From the NCBI RefSeq assembly GCF_003334355.1, contig NZ_QOWP01000020.1: a DNA stretch of 64,000 nucleotides; one strand, written 5' to 3'. The DNA is from Escherichia coli. GTDB taxonomy: Bacteria; Pseudomonadota; Gammaproteobacteria; Enterobacterales; Enterobacteriaceae. Positions 35,862 to 46,563 of this stretch are shown in pieces (position 1 is the stretch's first letter; each line of letters opens with the position of its first letter). Both the position numbers and the translations under genes were made by a program. A model generated the notes under the pieces. The model ran no database searches. It had not been told where the DNA came from and worked only from the letters and a program-made list of their open reading frames with translations.

Positions 35862-36704
35862 TTAGCCCTTCACGCCACCGGCGGTCAAACCACTCTTAAT
35901 AAAACGTTCCGAAAGCGCATACATAATCACCACCGGCAATGCGGTCACCAGTGAGGCCGCCATCATCCGTCCCCAGATGTAATCTGGCGTACTGAACAGC
36001 GCGTTCAGGCCCACCGGTAAGGTGAAATTGCTGGCGCTGGAGAGGAAAATCGACGCAAACAGATAGTCGTTCCACGCCACCATAAAGCAGTAGACGAACA
36101 CGGATATCAGCCCGGACATCGCCAACGGCACGGTGATGCGGAAGATAATTTGCAGACGGTTGAGGCCATCCATCATCGCCGCTTCTTCGATCTCATCGGG
36201 GATGGTGTCGAAGTAGCTTTTCAGCATAAACACGGCGGTGGGCAGAGTTTGCGTCACCATGGTGATGATCAGCGCCATCTCAGTGTCGTAAATGCCAAGC
36301 GCGGTGATGATTTTGAAAAGCGGCACCACCAGCAAAATGCCAGAGAACATATACACCGTGTAAAAGCTGGCGTTGATGGTCATCCGACCTTTAAAGCGCA
36401 GGCGGGAAAGCGCGTAAGCCCCAAGAATGCCGAGGAATACCGCCACCACGGATGAAACCACAGACACCACCAGACTGTTACGGAAGTAGTCGACAAACGG
36501 GAAAATCATCGGGTTAAAAATGTCGACGTAATGCTCCAGCGTCCACTGCTGCGGCAGCAGCGTAGGATGCAGTGAGATCGCCTCTTTCGCGCCCTTGAAC
36601 GAGGTCATCAGCATCACAAAAAATGGAAACAGCGTGATGATGAGAAACAGCGCCAGCCCGCAGTAAAAACCGATGCGACTGAGTGTGCGTTTATTTGTTG
36701 CCAT
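35862..36704 (-). CDS. ycjP: ABC sugar transporter permease YcjP
   Basis: 280-aa ORF; MalG-like permease. Confidence 0.9.
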   Translation of the reverse strand: MATNKRTLSRIGFYCGLALFLIITLFPFFVMLMTSFKGAKEAISLHPTLLPQQWTLEHYVDIFNPMIFPFVDYFRNSLVVSVVSSVVAVFLGILGAYALSRLRFKGRMTINASFYTVYMFSGILLVVPLFKIITALGIYDTEMALIITMVTQTLPTAVFMLKSYFDTIPDEIEEAAMMDGLNRLQIIFRITVPLAMSGLISVFVYCFMVAWNDYLFASIFLSSASNFTLPVGLNALFSTPDYIWGRMMAASLVTALPVVIMYALSERFIKSGLTAGGVKG

Positions 36705-37572
36705 TGAGGTTCACCCGTTTCCTGGTCAGCAGAATGACAGCGAAAATAATGATGAAGAGCACCACCGAGATCGCCGCCGCTTTTCCTAAATCATTAAAGG
36801 CAAAGGCGGTTTTGTAGAGATATACACCGAGAATATCGACCTTGGTCGTCAGCAAATAAACATCCGCGAACATGTAGAACATCCAGATGGTGCGCAGTGT
36901 CACCACCGTCGCCAGGACCGGCATAATTGCGGGCAGCGTGACGATACGAAACCGTTGCCAGGCATTAGCGCCATCCATCTCTGCCGCTTCGTACAGCGAT
37001 TTGTCGATGGTCTGCAAAATCGCCAGAAACGAGATAAAGGCATACGGGAAGTAGCGCCAGATGGCGAACAGCACCACCAGCACAAAGCTACTGCCCGGAT
37101 TATCGAACCACAGCGGTGCCTGCTCATAGAGATGCAGAAGATCGACGCCGAGGTAGTTAACAATGCCGTAGCCGTTGTTGAACATGTATTTCCAGGCGAA
37201 CACCAGCGAAATGGACGGCGTTACGTAGGAGAGGATCACCAGCGAACGCGCGGTTTTGCGCAGGCGGAACTCGCGGTTGAAAAACATCGCCACCGCCAGC
37301 CCGAGCACGGTGCTGCCCGCCACCACCAGCGCGGTATACCAGACCGTCATCCACAGCGAATGCCAGAAGCCGGGATCGGAGAGGATACGCACATAGTTGC
37401 TCACCCCAACAAACGTTGACTCGATGTTGGGATTGAGCGGCAGACGTAAAAAACTGATTTCGATATTCGACACCATCGGCCACGCCACCAGACCGCCCAG
37501 CAGTAATAAGCTGGGCGCGAGAAGCAGCAGCGCAAAGGGCATATCGGAACGACCTGAAAAAAGTCTGTTCAT
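36691..37572 (-). CDS. ycjO: ABC sugar transporter permease YcjO
   Basis: 293-aa ORF; MalF-like permease. Confidence 0.9.
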   Translation of the reverse strand: MNRLFSGRSDMPFALLLLAPSLLLLGGLVAWPMVSNIEISFLRLPLNPNIESTFVGVSNYVRILSDPGFWHSLWMTVWYTALVVAGSTVLGLAVAMFFNREFRLRKTARSLVILSYVTPSISLVFAWKYMFNNGYGIVNYLGVDLLHLYEQAPLWFDNPGSSFVLVVLFAIWRYFPYAFISFLAILQTIDKSLYEAAEMDGANAWQRFRIVTLPAIMPVLATVVTLRTIWMFYMFADVYLLTTKVDILGVYLYKTAFAFNDLGKAAAISVVLFIIIFAVILLTRKRVNLNGNK

Positions 37573-37592
37573 TGCGGATTCCTGTCCTGGGT

Positions 37593-38885
37593 TTAGTGCT
37601 GTTCGATCAGTTCATCCAGTTTTTTCTGGCTCGCTTGCAGCGTAGTAGAGAGATCGGCTTTACCCACGGTGACGTTATGCACCATTGAACTCACCACGCC
37701 AGAACCCGTCACATCACCCATGCGGGTAAAGTTTTTATCCCCTACTGCGCCAAAAACCTGAATATTTGGCAGTTCACCGATTAGCTGATTCGGTAGTTCA
37801 CCCAGCGCCTTAATAACGTCGTTGTCTTTCCAGGTGGCGGTAGTCACCACCGCTTTATTCACCGGCAGCGCAGCACCTGGCGACATCATCACCCAGTCGG
37901 CAATGTTGTCTGCCTGCTCCATAAAGGTGACAAATTTTTCTGCTGCTTCCGTCTCTTCGGTCTTTTGCCCGGCGGTAATGGTCAGCGAGGTCAACATGCC
38001 GTAGACCGCAGAGTTTTTCTCGGTTGGCACCACGAAACCGACGTTTTTCGGGTCGCCTTCTTTAATCACAGCCGGAAGGATATAGGTGGAGTAAATCGCC
38101 ATCGGCGCGGTGCCGTTCATAAAGGCGTCTTTCACTTCCATGATGTCGTTAGAACCCGGCATAGTGTTGGCAGCAAGGTCGCGGTAATAGGTCAGTGCCT
38201 GCATCATCTCTGGTGTATCAAGGGTGATTTTGCCTTCGGCGTTAAAGACGTTAGCCTGGTTGGATAACGCAAACTGGGAGAAGGATTGTTCCGTCAACAC
38301 GCTTTCTGCTGTAGGCAGCGCAATGCCGTATTTTTTATTCGCCGGGTCATTCAGTTTCTGTGCAACGTCCAGCAGCTGTTGCCAGTTTTTCGGCTCCTCA
38401 AGCCCCGCTTTTGCCAGCACATCTTTGCGATACCAGATACCGCCAATCCAGGCGCTGACAGGAACACCGGTCCATGCGCTACCATCTTCGGTACGCACAA
38501 TACGCAGTACGCCATCGTAAAACGCGCCTTCACCAACGTTGCTGATGACTGTGGCAACCGCTTTGCGATCGATAAGCTGCTCTTTGTCCATCACTTTGGC
38601 GTAGTCATGGCTGGTTTCGATCACTTCCGGCAGCGAACCGCTACGTGAAAGAGTAATGACTTTAGTGTTATAGGCATCTTCTTCCACGGGCACTTGCTTA
38701 ACGGTGATGCCAGGGTTTTCTTTTTCAAAACGGGCAATCAATTTACTGATAACGGCCTGGCGCTCCTGCTCCACCGAAGAATGCATAAATTCGATGGATA
38801 CATTCGTTTTATTTTCTTCTTTACAGCCTGAAATCAGGGCGCATGAAACCAGTGCTGATAACAGCACGATTTTTGATTTAATCAT
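37593..38885 (-). CDS. ycjN: periplasmic sugar-binding protein YcjN
   Basis: 430-aa ORF with signal peptide / lipobox-like N-terminus; SBP family 1. Confidence 0.9.
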   Translation of the reverse strand: MIKSKIVLLSALVSCALISGCKEENKTNVSIEFMHSSVEQERQAVISKLIARFEKENPGITVKQVPVEEDAYNTKVITLSRSGSLPEVIETSHDYAKVMDKEQLIDRKAVATVISNVGEGAFYDGVLRIVRTEDGSAWTGVPVSAWIGGIWYRKDVLAKAGLEEPKNWQQLLDVAQKLNDPANKKYGIALPTAESVLTEQSFSQFALSNQANVFNAEGKITLDTPEMMQALTYYRDLAANTMPGSNDIMEVKDAFMNGTAPMAIYSTYILPAVIKEGDPKNVGFVVPTEKNSAVYGMLTSLTITAGQKTEETEAAEKFVTFMEQADNIADWVMMSPGAALPVNKAVVTTATWKDNDVIKALGELPNQLIGELPNIQVFGAVGDKNFTRMGDVTGSGVVSSMVHNVTVGKADLSTTLQASQKKLDELIEQH

Positions 38886-38898
38886 GAGATGTTCCTTT

Positions 38899-40578
38899 TT
38901 ATTTAATCCACATAACCTGCCAGGGGCGCAGCGTTATTTCATTACCCAATATATCAACTTCACTAATCAGATCCCGACCATGCAGATTAGTAATATTTAC
39001 ATGCTGAATATTTTTACTGACATTAAACAATCCAGTCAGACAATTACCATCAGCGTTACTTCTTTGAATACGCATTACGGATGAATTAATCGTATCAATG
39101 GTAAAATTATTATCCGGATGAAACTCGTTATGGCTGCGACGAAGTGTAATTAAACGCGACAACTCATGATATACCGCATGCCTTAATGTAGCTTCATCGT
39201 TCAGTTCTCGGGTTATCTCTTTACTGTGATATTTTTTACGGTTAATCGCACGGTTATATCCGAGTTTTTCGACACCTGCGTAATCATTACGCGAGCCAAG
39301 AATACTTTGAATATATATCGCTGGCACACCGGGGAAACTTAACAAAATCGCATGGGCAAGGATAAACCTGGCGCAACGTTCTTCATCGCTACTCTCACGG
39401 CGGCTTAACGCATCCATATAGGTCACATTTATTTCATACGGACTGCGTGTACCGTCGGGATTATTTTTCCAGTTTACTAATGCACCTTCCTGCTGTAACG
39501 CCTCGACCAGCTCTAATATTTCGCTTTCAGGCAACAAGCCCCGTAGCGGGTTTAGCCCGATGCCATCGTGAGAGGCGAGGAAGTTAAACCAGGTGGTGTT
39601 GCTGGAAGGTAGTGTCAGGTTTTGCGCCCACGCACAAAGCGCCTCAACGTTCTGTTTTTGCACCGCATGCAGCACCAGTGGCGGCAGCGAGAACTGGTAC
39701 ACCATATGTGCTTCGTCATCGCCTGCGCCAAAGTAAGCAATGTTGTCTTTATGCGGAACATTGGTCTCGGTAATGATCACTGTACCTGGCGCAACGTTAT
39801 CAATAATCGACCGTAACAGTTTGATAATCAGATGTGTTTTTTCCAGATGGATGCAGCTTGTTCCCGGCTCTTTCCACATAAAGCCAACGGCATCCAGGCG
39901 GACATACTCAGCACCTTTCGCAAAGTAACAGAGTAAAACATCCACCATCGCCAGCAACACTTCAGGGCTACGGTAATTCAGGTCAATTTGATCGTCACTA
40001 AAGGTGGTCCATAAATGGCGCGTTGAATGATCGCGCATCTGGAATGGCGTTAATAACGGTAACGCACGCGGGCGAGTGACGGCGCTGAGATCGGTTTGCG
40101 GGTCAACGGCAATAAAAAAATCTTCAAAACCTGGATGCTGTTGTAAATAGTTTTTAAACCATTCACTTTTTGCCGACATATGGTTGCAGACAAAATCAAA
40201 CATTAAATGACTGCATTCACCGAGTTGCTGAATATCCTGCCACTCCCCCGCTTCACTGGCGACCTGATGATAATCAATTACCGAAAAGCCATCATCAGAT
40301 GACCATGGATAAAACGGCAACAAATGAACATGTGAAAAAATGCTTTGCAGCCATTGATGGTAAAACTGATTAAATGTGGGTAATGGTTTTAAATCATTGC
40401 TGTGAAATTGATCGGCATAGGTAATTAACACGACATCACTTTCATCCCAGTGTTTTTTACGTCGCTGTGTAATTAATCGTTTCGCACTCTCAAGACGCGT
40501 TACAAGTTTCTGTAAATGAGTTGCGGTAAATGTTCCACCGTAGATTTCGTCCAGGTAATCCGTAATTTTCTGTTTCAT
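38899..40578 (-). CDS. ycjM: glucosylglycerate phosphorylase YcjM (GH13_18)
   Basis: ORF 38899..40605; likely start at 40578 (MKQKITDYLDEIYG...), 559 aa; sucrose-phosphorylase-like GH13. Confidence 0.9.
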   Translation of the reverse strand: MKQKITDYLDEIYGGTFTATHLQKLVTRLESAKRLITQRRKKHWDESDVVLITYADQFHSNDLKPLPTFNQFYHQWLQSIFSHVHLLPFYPWSSDDGFSVIDYHQVASEAGEWQDIQQLGECSHLMFDFVCNHMSAKSEWFKNYLQQHPGFEDFFIAVDPQTDLSAVTRPRALPLLTPFQMRDHSTRHLWTTFSDDQIDLNYRSPEVLLAMVDVLLCYFAKGAEYVRLDAVGFMWKEPGTSCIHLEKTHLIIKLLRSIIDNVAPGTVIITETNVPHKDNIAYFGAGDDEAHMVYQFSLPPLVLHAVQKQNVEALCAWAQNLTLPSSNTTWFNFLASHDGIGLNPLRGLLPESEILELVEALQQEGALVNWKNNPDGTRSPYEINVTYMDALSRRESSDEERCARFILAHAILLSFPGVPAIYIQSILGSRNDYAGVEKLGYNRAINRKKYHSKEITRELNDEATLRHAVYHELSRLITLRRSHNEFHPDNNFTIDTINSSVMRIQRSNADGNCLTGLFNVSKNIQHVNITNLHGRDLISEVDILGNEITLRPWQVMWIK

Positions 40579-40748
40579 GTTGCCTTTCCGTGGTAGCGGT
40601 CCCATGAAACGAGAGACTACTCCGCAGAAAATAAACTGTCAATTGAGCACAAGGGTTTTAGTCACGCAGGAAATCATTTTTTACCAGGGAAAAAGCGTAT
40701 TTGTGAGCTGACGCAAATAATCTATGGGGATGTAAATAAGGTGTGACA

Positions 40749-40778
40749 GAAAAAAAAACGGCGCATAAGCGCCGCTCA
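40749..40778 (-). terminator. intrinsic terminator of the psp operon (after pspE)
   Basis: On the minus strand, hairpin agcggcgcttatgcgccgt followed by a U9 tract. Confidence 0.8.
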
Positions 40779-40790
40779 TGGTGAATTCTT

Positions 40791-41105
40791 TTAACCTTTG
40801 ACCTTCGGCATTGCGATGTCTTTCAGGCCACCGGCGTTCTCAACGTGGGTATATCCCATCTCGCTAAGGATCTCTTTTGCTTGCCCTGACTGGCGTCCGG
40901 CATTGCAATACACTTTCACGGTGTCGTTTTTATCCGGAACGGCGGTGGCAATGCGCTCTTTCACTTCCTTCAGGGGAATATTGATGGCCCCCTGAACGTG
41001 CTCTTGCTGATACTGCTCTGGAACACGAACATCGATCCAGTGTTCAGCGGCGAAAACGGGCAGTGAAAACACCAGTGCCAGAGCAAGTAAGCCTTTTTTA
41101 AACAT
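40791..41105 (-). CDS. pspE: periplasmic rhodanese PspE
   Basis: 104-aa ORF with signal peptide and rhodanese active-site Cys (YCNAGRQS). Confidence 0.94.
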   Translation of the reverse strand: MFKKGLLALALVFSLPVFAAEHWIDVRVPEQYQQEHVQGAINIPLKEVKERIATAVPDKNDTVKVYCNAGRQSGQAKEILSEMGYTHVENAGGLKDIAMPKVKG

Positions 41106-41179
41106 GTAAGCGTCCTTCTATGGATGAAAATTGCCATCCATTATACGCCTGAGATTTAACAATTTTTGCGAAACTCCCC

Positions 41180-41401
41180 TCACCTTTTATAACGCTGTGC
41201 CAGTTTATTAGTAGCCCGACTTAACAGCGGTTCCAGCGCCACAGCCAGCAACATTTTCAGCGGTCGGCGAGCAACTGATTTTATCGCCCAGCCCGCCACA
41301 CCCGCCGGGCCATAGCGCAGTGCGGTAAGAAGTACCAGCTTGCCTGCTAATTTGAAACCAGGCTTTACCTTTTGCCCGGCCTGTTGCCAGCGAGTATTCA
41401 T
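41180..41401 (-). CDS. pspD: phage shock protein D
   Basis: ORF 41180..41413; likely start at 41401 ([10 protein letters not shown]...), 73 aa. Confidence 0.9.
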   Translation of the reverse strand: MNTRWQQAGQKVKPGFKLAGKLVLLTALRYGPAGVAGWAIKSVARRPLKMLLAVALEPLLSRATNKLAQRYKR

Positions 41402-41409
41402 AACTTTCC

Positions 41410-41769
41410 TCACAGTTGACGGAAACGGCTACGTAACGTGAAAGTATCGGAAGTGACATAACGTTCCATCTCGCGTAAACGCGTTTCACTTGCCGCCAGT
41501 TCACGGTCGACTTCATCCAGCAATTCGCTGCTGGAAGGTAGCTGCTCACCAAAGGCCATGTTGTCCGGCATTGGATCAAGCGCAAATGACAAAATGATGT
41601 AAGCAACCAGGGTAAACAGCGCCAGACCGAAGAAAATCGACAGCACCACCAGGATACGCACCAGTTTTACCGGTACATCAAAATAGTTGGCAATCCCGGC
41701 GCAGACGCCGCGGACCATGCCCTGCTGTGGAATACGCCATAATTTTTTATTGAGATTAATGCCCGCCAT
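41410..41769 (-). CDS. pspC: phage shock protein C
   Basis: 119-aa ORF with one transmembrane helix; PspC domain. Confidence 0.94.
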   Translation of the reverse strand: MAGINLNKKLWRIPQQGMVRGVCAGIANYFDVPVKLVRILVVLSIFFGLALFTLVAYIILSFALDPMPDNMAFGEQLPSSSELLDEVDRELAASETRLREMERYVTSDTFTLRSRFRQL

Positions 41770-41993
41770 TAGCGATCCCTCCAGTTCGGATGTTCTGCAT
41801 CAAGAATAGATTCCAGCGCCTGAATACGTTCGCGCATCCGTTTTGCTTCATCAGCCAGTTGCGCTAATCGCTGCTGCTCACTTTGCGACAATTCACTGCG
41901 ACCAGAACGATTGCTGTAATGCAGCCATAACCAGATCGGTAAAACAAACAGCACAAAAATGGTTAACGGAATAGCCAGAAATAACGCGCTCAT
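41769..41993 (-). CDS. pspB: phage shock protein B
   Basis: 74-aa ORF with N-terminal transmembrane helix; overlaps the pspC start. Confidence 0.94.
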   Translation of the reverse strand: MSALFLAIPLTIFVLFVLPIWLWLHYSNRSGRSELSQSEQQRLAQLADEAKRMRERIQALESILDAEHPNWRDR

Positions 41994-42046
41994 AAGTACT
42001 CCTTAGACGATGAGCGGCGGCGCGTTCGGACGCCGCCTGGATGTTA

Positions 42047-42787
<741 letters not shown>

Positions 42788-42881
42788 TTATCTTTTTGAT
42801 TTATAAAGATCTGATTGAAGAATCAACAGCAACATGCCAGGATGAGTTAGCGAATTACACTAACAAGTGGCGAATTTCATC

Positions 42882-43859
42882 ATGGCAGAATACAAAGATA
42901 ATTTACTTGGTGAGGCGAACAGCTTTCTCGAAGTGCTGGAACAGGTTTCGCATCTCGCACCGCTGGACAAACCGGTGCTCATCATCGGCGAACGCGGCAC
43001 CGGTAAAGAGCTGATTGCCAGCCGCCTGCATTATCTCTCCTCCCGTTGGCAAGGGCCGTTTATTTCCCTTAACTGCGCGGCGTTAAATGAAAATCTGCTG
43101 GATTCCGAACTGTTTGGTCACGAAGCGGGGGCGTTTACCGGTGCGCAAAAACGTCATCCAGGGAGATTTGAACGTGCCGACGGCGGTACGCTATTTCTTG
43201 ATGAACTCGCTACGGCACCGATGATGGTGCAGGAGAAATTATTGCGCGTGATTGAGTACGGTGAACTGGAGCGCGTTGGCGGCAGCCAGCCATTGCAGGT
43301 GAATGTGCGGTTGGTATGCGCGACGAATGCCGATCTCCCGGCGATGGTCAATGAAGGCACTTTTCGCGCTGACCTGCTCGACCGACTGGCTTTTGATGTT
43401 GTACAACTGCCACCACTGCGCGAGCGCGAAAGCGACATAATGTTGATGGCAGAACACTTTGCCATCCAGATGTGTCGGGAAATCAAGCTGCCTCTGTTCC
43501 CGGGGTTTACGGAGCGCGCCAGAGAAACATTGCTGAATTATCGTTGGCCGGGAAATATTCGTGAATTGAAAAACGTGGTGGAACGTTCAGTGTATCGCCA
43601 CGGCACCAGCGATTATCCGCTTGATGACATCATTATTGATCCCTTTAAACGGCGTCCGCCTGAAGACGCTATCGCCGTTTCAGAAACCACCTCGCTTCCA
43701 ACACTGCCGCTGGATTTACGTGAGTTTCAGATGCAGCAGGAAAAAGAGTTGCTGCAACTCAGTTTGCAACAAGGGAAATATAACCAGAAGCGCGCGGCTG
43801 AATTACTGGGGTTAACTTATCATCAGTTCCGCGCGTTGTTGAAAAAGCACCAGATTTAG
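42882..43859 (+). CDS. pspF: sigma-54 activator PspF
   Basis: ORF 42867..43859; likely start at 42882 (MAEYKDNLLGE...), 325 aa; AAA+ with GAFTGA motif and C-terminal HTH. Confidence 0.95.
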   Translation: MAEYKDNLLGEANSFLEVLEQVSHLAPLDKPVLIIGERGTGKELIASRLHYLSSRWQGPFISLNCAALNENLLDSELFGHEAGAFTGAQKRHPGRFERADGGTLFLDELATAPMMVQEKLLRVIEYGELERVGGSQPLQVNVRLVCATNADLPAMVNEGTFRADLLDRLAFDVVQLPPLRERESDIMLMAEHFAIQMCREIKLPLFPGFTERARETLLNYRWPGNIRELKNVVERSVYRHGTSDYPLDDIIIDPFKRRPPEDAIAVSETTSLPTLPLDLREFQMQQEKELLQLSLQQGKYNQKRAAELLGLTYHQFRALLKKHQI

Positions 43860-43880
43860 CGAAGTTGAGCAATACAACTT

Positions 43881-43958
43881 GCCGGATGCGGCGTGAATGC
43901 TTTATTCGGCATACATAATCAATACGTCGTTTGCAGGCCTGATAAGCGCAGCGCATCA
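43881..43958. repeat. REP-like palindromic units (pspF-puuE spacer)
   Basis: gccggatgcggcgtgaatgctttattcggc and aggcctgataagcgcagcgcatca. Confidence 0.6.
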
Positions 43959-43978
43959 TACATTATTGCGTTGGGCTA

Positions 43979-45244
43979 TTAATCGCTCAGCGCATCCTGC
44001 AAAATTTTCATTGCCGCATCGAATTGCGCATCCGGGATGGTCAGCGGATACAGGAAGCGAATCACGTTGCCGTATGCGCCACAGGTCAGCAGGAGCAGCC
44101 CCTGCGCCAGCGCGCGTTGCTGGATTTTCTGTGCAATCGCCGCTGACGGCTCGCCCGTTTGCGGATCGTTAAACTCTACCGCAATCATCGACCCCAGGCC
44201 GCGTACCGCAGCAATGGCCGGAACGCTTTCTTTGGCATCAATCAACGTGTTTTTGAGACGCTGGCCCAGTTGATTCGCGCGTTCGCAGAGTGATTCTTTG
44301 TCGATAATATTGAGCACCGCGTGCGCGGCAGCCACCGCCAGCGGGTTACCGGCGTAGGTGCCGCCAAGCCCGCCCGGCGCGGGTGCGTCCATAATATTCG
44401 CGTTACCGACCACGCCCGAAAGCGGCATCCCGCCCGCGAGGCTTTTCGCCATCGTCATTAAATCCGGCTTATCGGCGTAATGATCCATGGCAAACAGCTT
44501 ACCGGTACGCGCAAAGCCGCTTTGCACTTCATCAGCAATCATCACAATACCGTGCTCGTCGCACAGGCGGCGAATAGCGGCAACCAGCTCTTTTGGCGCA
44601 ACGTTGAAACCGCCCTCGCCCTGCACCGGTTCGAAAATAATCGCCGCCACCTGCTTCGCTTCGATGTCTGATTTAAACAAGCGTTCGATGGCGTCGAGGG
44701 AGTCCTGTGTTGAAATGCCGTGTAAATCTGACGGATAAGGTACGTGATACACCGAACCAGGGAACGGGCCGAAGCCGATTTTGTACGGCGCAACTTTTCC
44801 GGTCAGCGCCATGGTCATATACGTACGACCGTGAAAGCCGCCGCTAAACGCAATCACGCCAGGGCGTCCGGTATGGGCGCGAGCAATTTTCACCGCGTTT
44901 TCCACCGCTTCCGCACCGGTGGTGAAGAACGCGGTTTTGGCCTGCCCGCTCACCGGGGCAAGGGCGTTGATTTTCTCCGCCAGGGTGACGTAGCTTTCAT
45001 ACGGCACAATCTGATACGCGGTGTGGGTAAACTGTTGCAGTTGCTGCTCCACCGCCGCGACCAGATCAGGGTGGCGATGTCCGGTATTCAGCACCGCAAT
45101 GCCTGCGGCGAAATCGATGTACTCGTTGCCCTCAACATCCTTCAGCGTGGCGTTTTCAGCCGACTGGGCGAAGAAGTTACACATCACGCCAACCCCGCGC
45201 GGAGTGGCAGAAAGACGACGCTGATGGAATTCATTGTTGCTCAT
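43979..45244 (-). CDS. puuE: 4-aminobutyrate aminotransferase PuuE
   Basis: 421-aa class-III PLP aminotransferase. Confidence 0.94.
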   Translation of the reverse strand: MSNNEFHQRRLSATPRGVGVMCNFFAQSAENATLKDVEGNEYIDFAAGIAVLNTGHRHPDLVAAVEQQLQQFTHTAYQIVPYESYVTLAEKINALAPVSGQAKTAFFTTGAEAVENAVKIARAHTGRPGVIAFSGGFHGRTYMTMALTGKVAPYKIGFGPFPGSVYHVPYPSDLHGISTQDSLDAIERLFKSDIEAKQVAAIIFEPVQGEGGFNVAPKELVAAIRRLCDEHGIVMIADEVQSGFARTGKLFAMDHYADKPDLMTMAKSLAGGMPLSGVVGNANIMDAPAPGGLGGTYAGNPLAVAAAHAVLNIIDKESLCERANQLGQRLKNTLIDAKESVPAIAAVRGLGSMIAVEFNDPQTGEPSAAIAQKIQQRALAQGLLLLTCGAYGNVIRFLYPLTIPDAQFDAAMKILQDALSD

Positions 45245-45281
45245 GTTTCACACCTTTTGACTCTTCACGGTTAATCGGAAA

Positions 45282-46562
45282 TTAAACGCCCAGACGATCG
45301 CGCAGGCTGTAATACGCCGCGCCCATCGCGGTAAACGGCACACGCAGCGTGCGCCCGCCGGGGAACGGGTAATGCGGCAGATTGGCGAAGGCATCGAAAC
45401 GTTCGGCGTCGCCGCGCAGCAGTTCGGCAATCAAACGTCCGGCTAGATGAGTACAGGTCACGCCGTGGCCGCTGTAGCCCTGCATGTAATAGATGTTGGT
45501 ATCGAGGCGACCAAACTGCGGCATACGCGACAGGGTCAGCAGGAAGTTGCCCGTCCAGCGGTAATCAATTTTCACGCCCTTCAGCTGCGGGAAGGTTTTC
45601 AGCAGTTTCGGCACCACAAGGCGCTCAACGTCATCCGGGTCGCGCGCGCCGTAGACCACGCCGCCGCCGTACAGCAGGCGGTTGTCGGCGGTAAGACGGT
45701 AGTAATCAAGCAGATAGTTACAGTCTTCCACACAGTAGTTTTTCGGGATCAGCGAACGGGCTAAATCTTCCGACAGCCGTTCGGTGGTGATCACCTGCGT
45801 GCCGCACGGCATGCTGCGTTTCGCCAGTTCCGGCTCTACTTTATCGCCCAGATACGCATTCCCGGCGACAATCACATACTTCGCCGTCACCTGACCTTTG
45901 GCAGTTCGCACAACGGCTGGCGTGGTGTGCTGGATCTGCGTCACGGCAGAAAGTTCATACACGCGCCCGCCGTTGAGGCGGATGGCGTCCGCTTCGCCAA
46001 TGGCGAGGTTTAGCGGATGAATATGCCCACCGCTGTGATCCAGCAGCGCACCAGTGTAGCGATCGCTGGCGACCTCGCGGCGAATAGCGTTGGCGTCCAG
46101 CAGCTCCAGCTGATTATTGCCGTAGCGTTCCCAGTTCTCTTTCTGCTCTTCGAGTGTGGCGAGTTGTTTATCATTCATCGCCACAAACAGACCGCCGGGA
46201 CGATAGTCGCAGTCAATCTGATAACGTTTGATACGTTCGCGGATGATCTCGCCACCCTCGAACATCATGCTGCCGAGCATACGGGCGGTGTCCATGCCGT
46301 AGTTTTTTTCGATCACGTCGATGTCGCGGCTGTAGGAGTTCACAAGCTGCCCGCCATTGCGTCCGCTTGCGCCGAAGCCGATGCGTGAGGCTTCAAGAAC
46401 CACCACGTCAAAGCCCGCTTCCGCCAGATGCAGCGCGGAAGAGAGCCCGGTATAGCCGCCGCCGACCACGCAAACGTCGCAGGAAATCGACTCATTCAGC
46501 GTGTCGAATGGCGCGTATTTATTCGCACTGGCGGCGTAGTAACTGCTGGTATGTTCGGTCAT
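45282..46562 (-). CDS. puuB: gamma-glutamylputrescine oxidase PuuB
   Basis: 426-aa ORF with FAD-binding GxGxxG (VVGGGYTG). Confidence 0.94.
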   Translation of the reverse strand: MTEHTSSYYAASANKYAPFDTLNESISCDVCVVGGGYTGLSSALHLAEAGFDVVVLEASRIGFGASGRNGGQLVNSYSRDIDVIEKNYGMDTARMLGSMMFEGGEIIRERIKRYQIDCDYRPGGLFVAMNDKQLATLEEQKENWERYGNNQLELLDANAIRREVASDRYTGALLDHSGGHIHPLNLAIGEADAIRLNGGRVYELSAVTQIQHTTPAVVRTAKGQVTAKYVIVAGNAYLGDKVEPELAKRSMPCGTQVITTERLSEDLARSLIPKNYCVEDCNYLLDYYRLTADNRLLYGGGVVYGARDPDDVERLVVPKLLKTFPQLKGVKIDYRWTGNFLLTLSRMPQFGRLDTNIYYMQGYSGHGVTCTHLAGRLIAELLRGDAERFDAFANLPHYPFPGGRTLRVPFTAMGAAYYSLRDRLGV

Positions 46563-46563
46563 T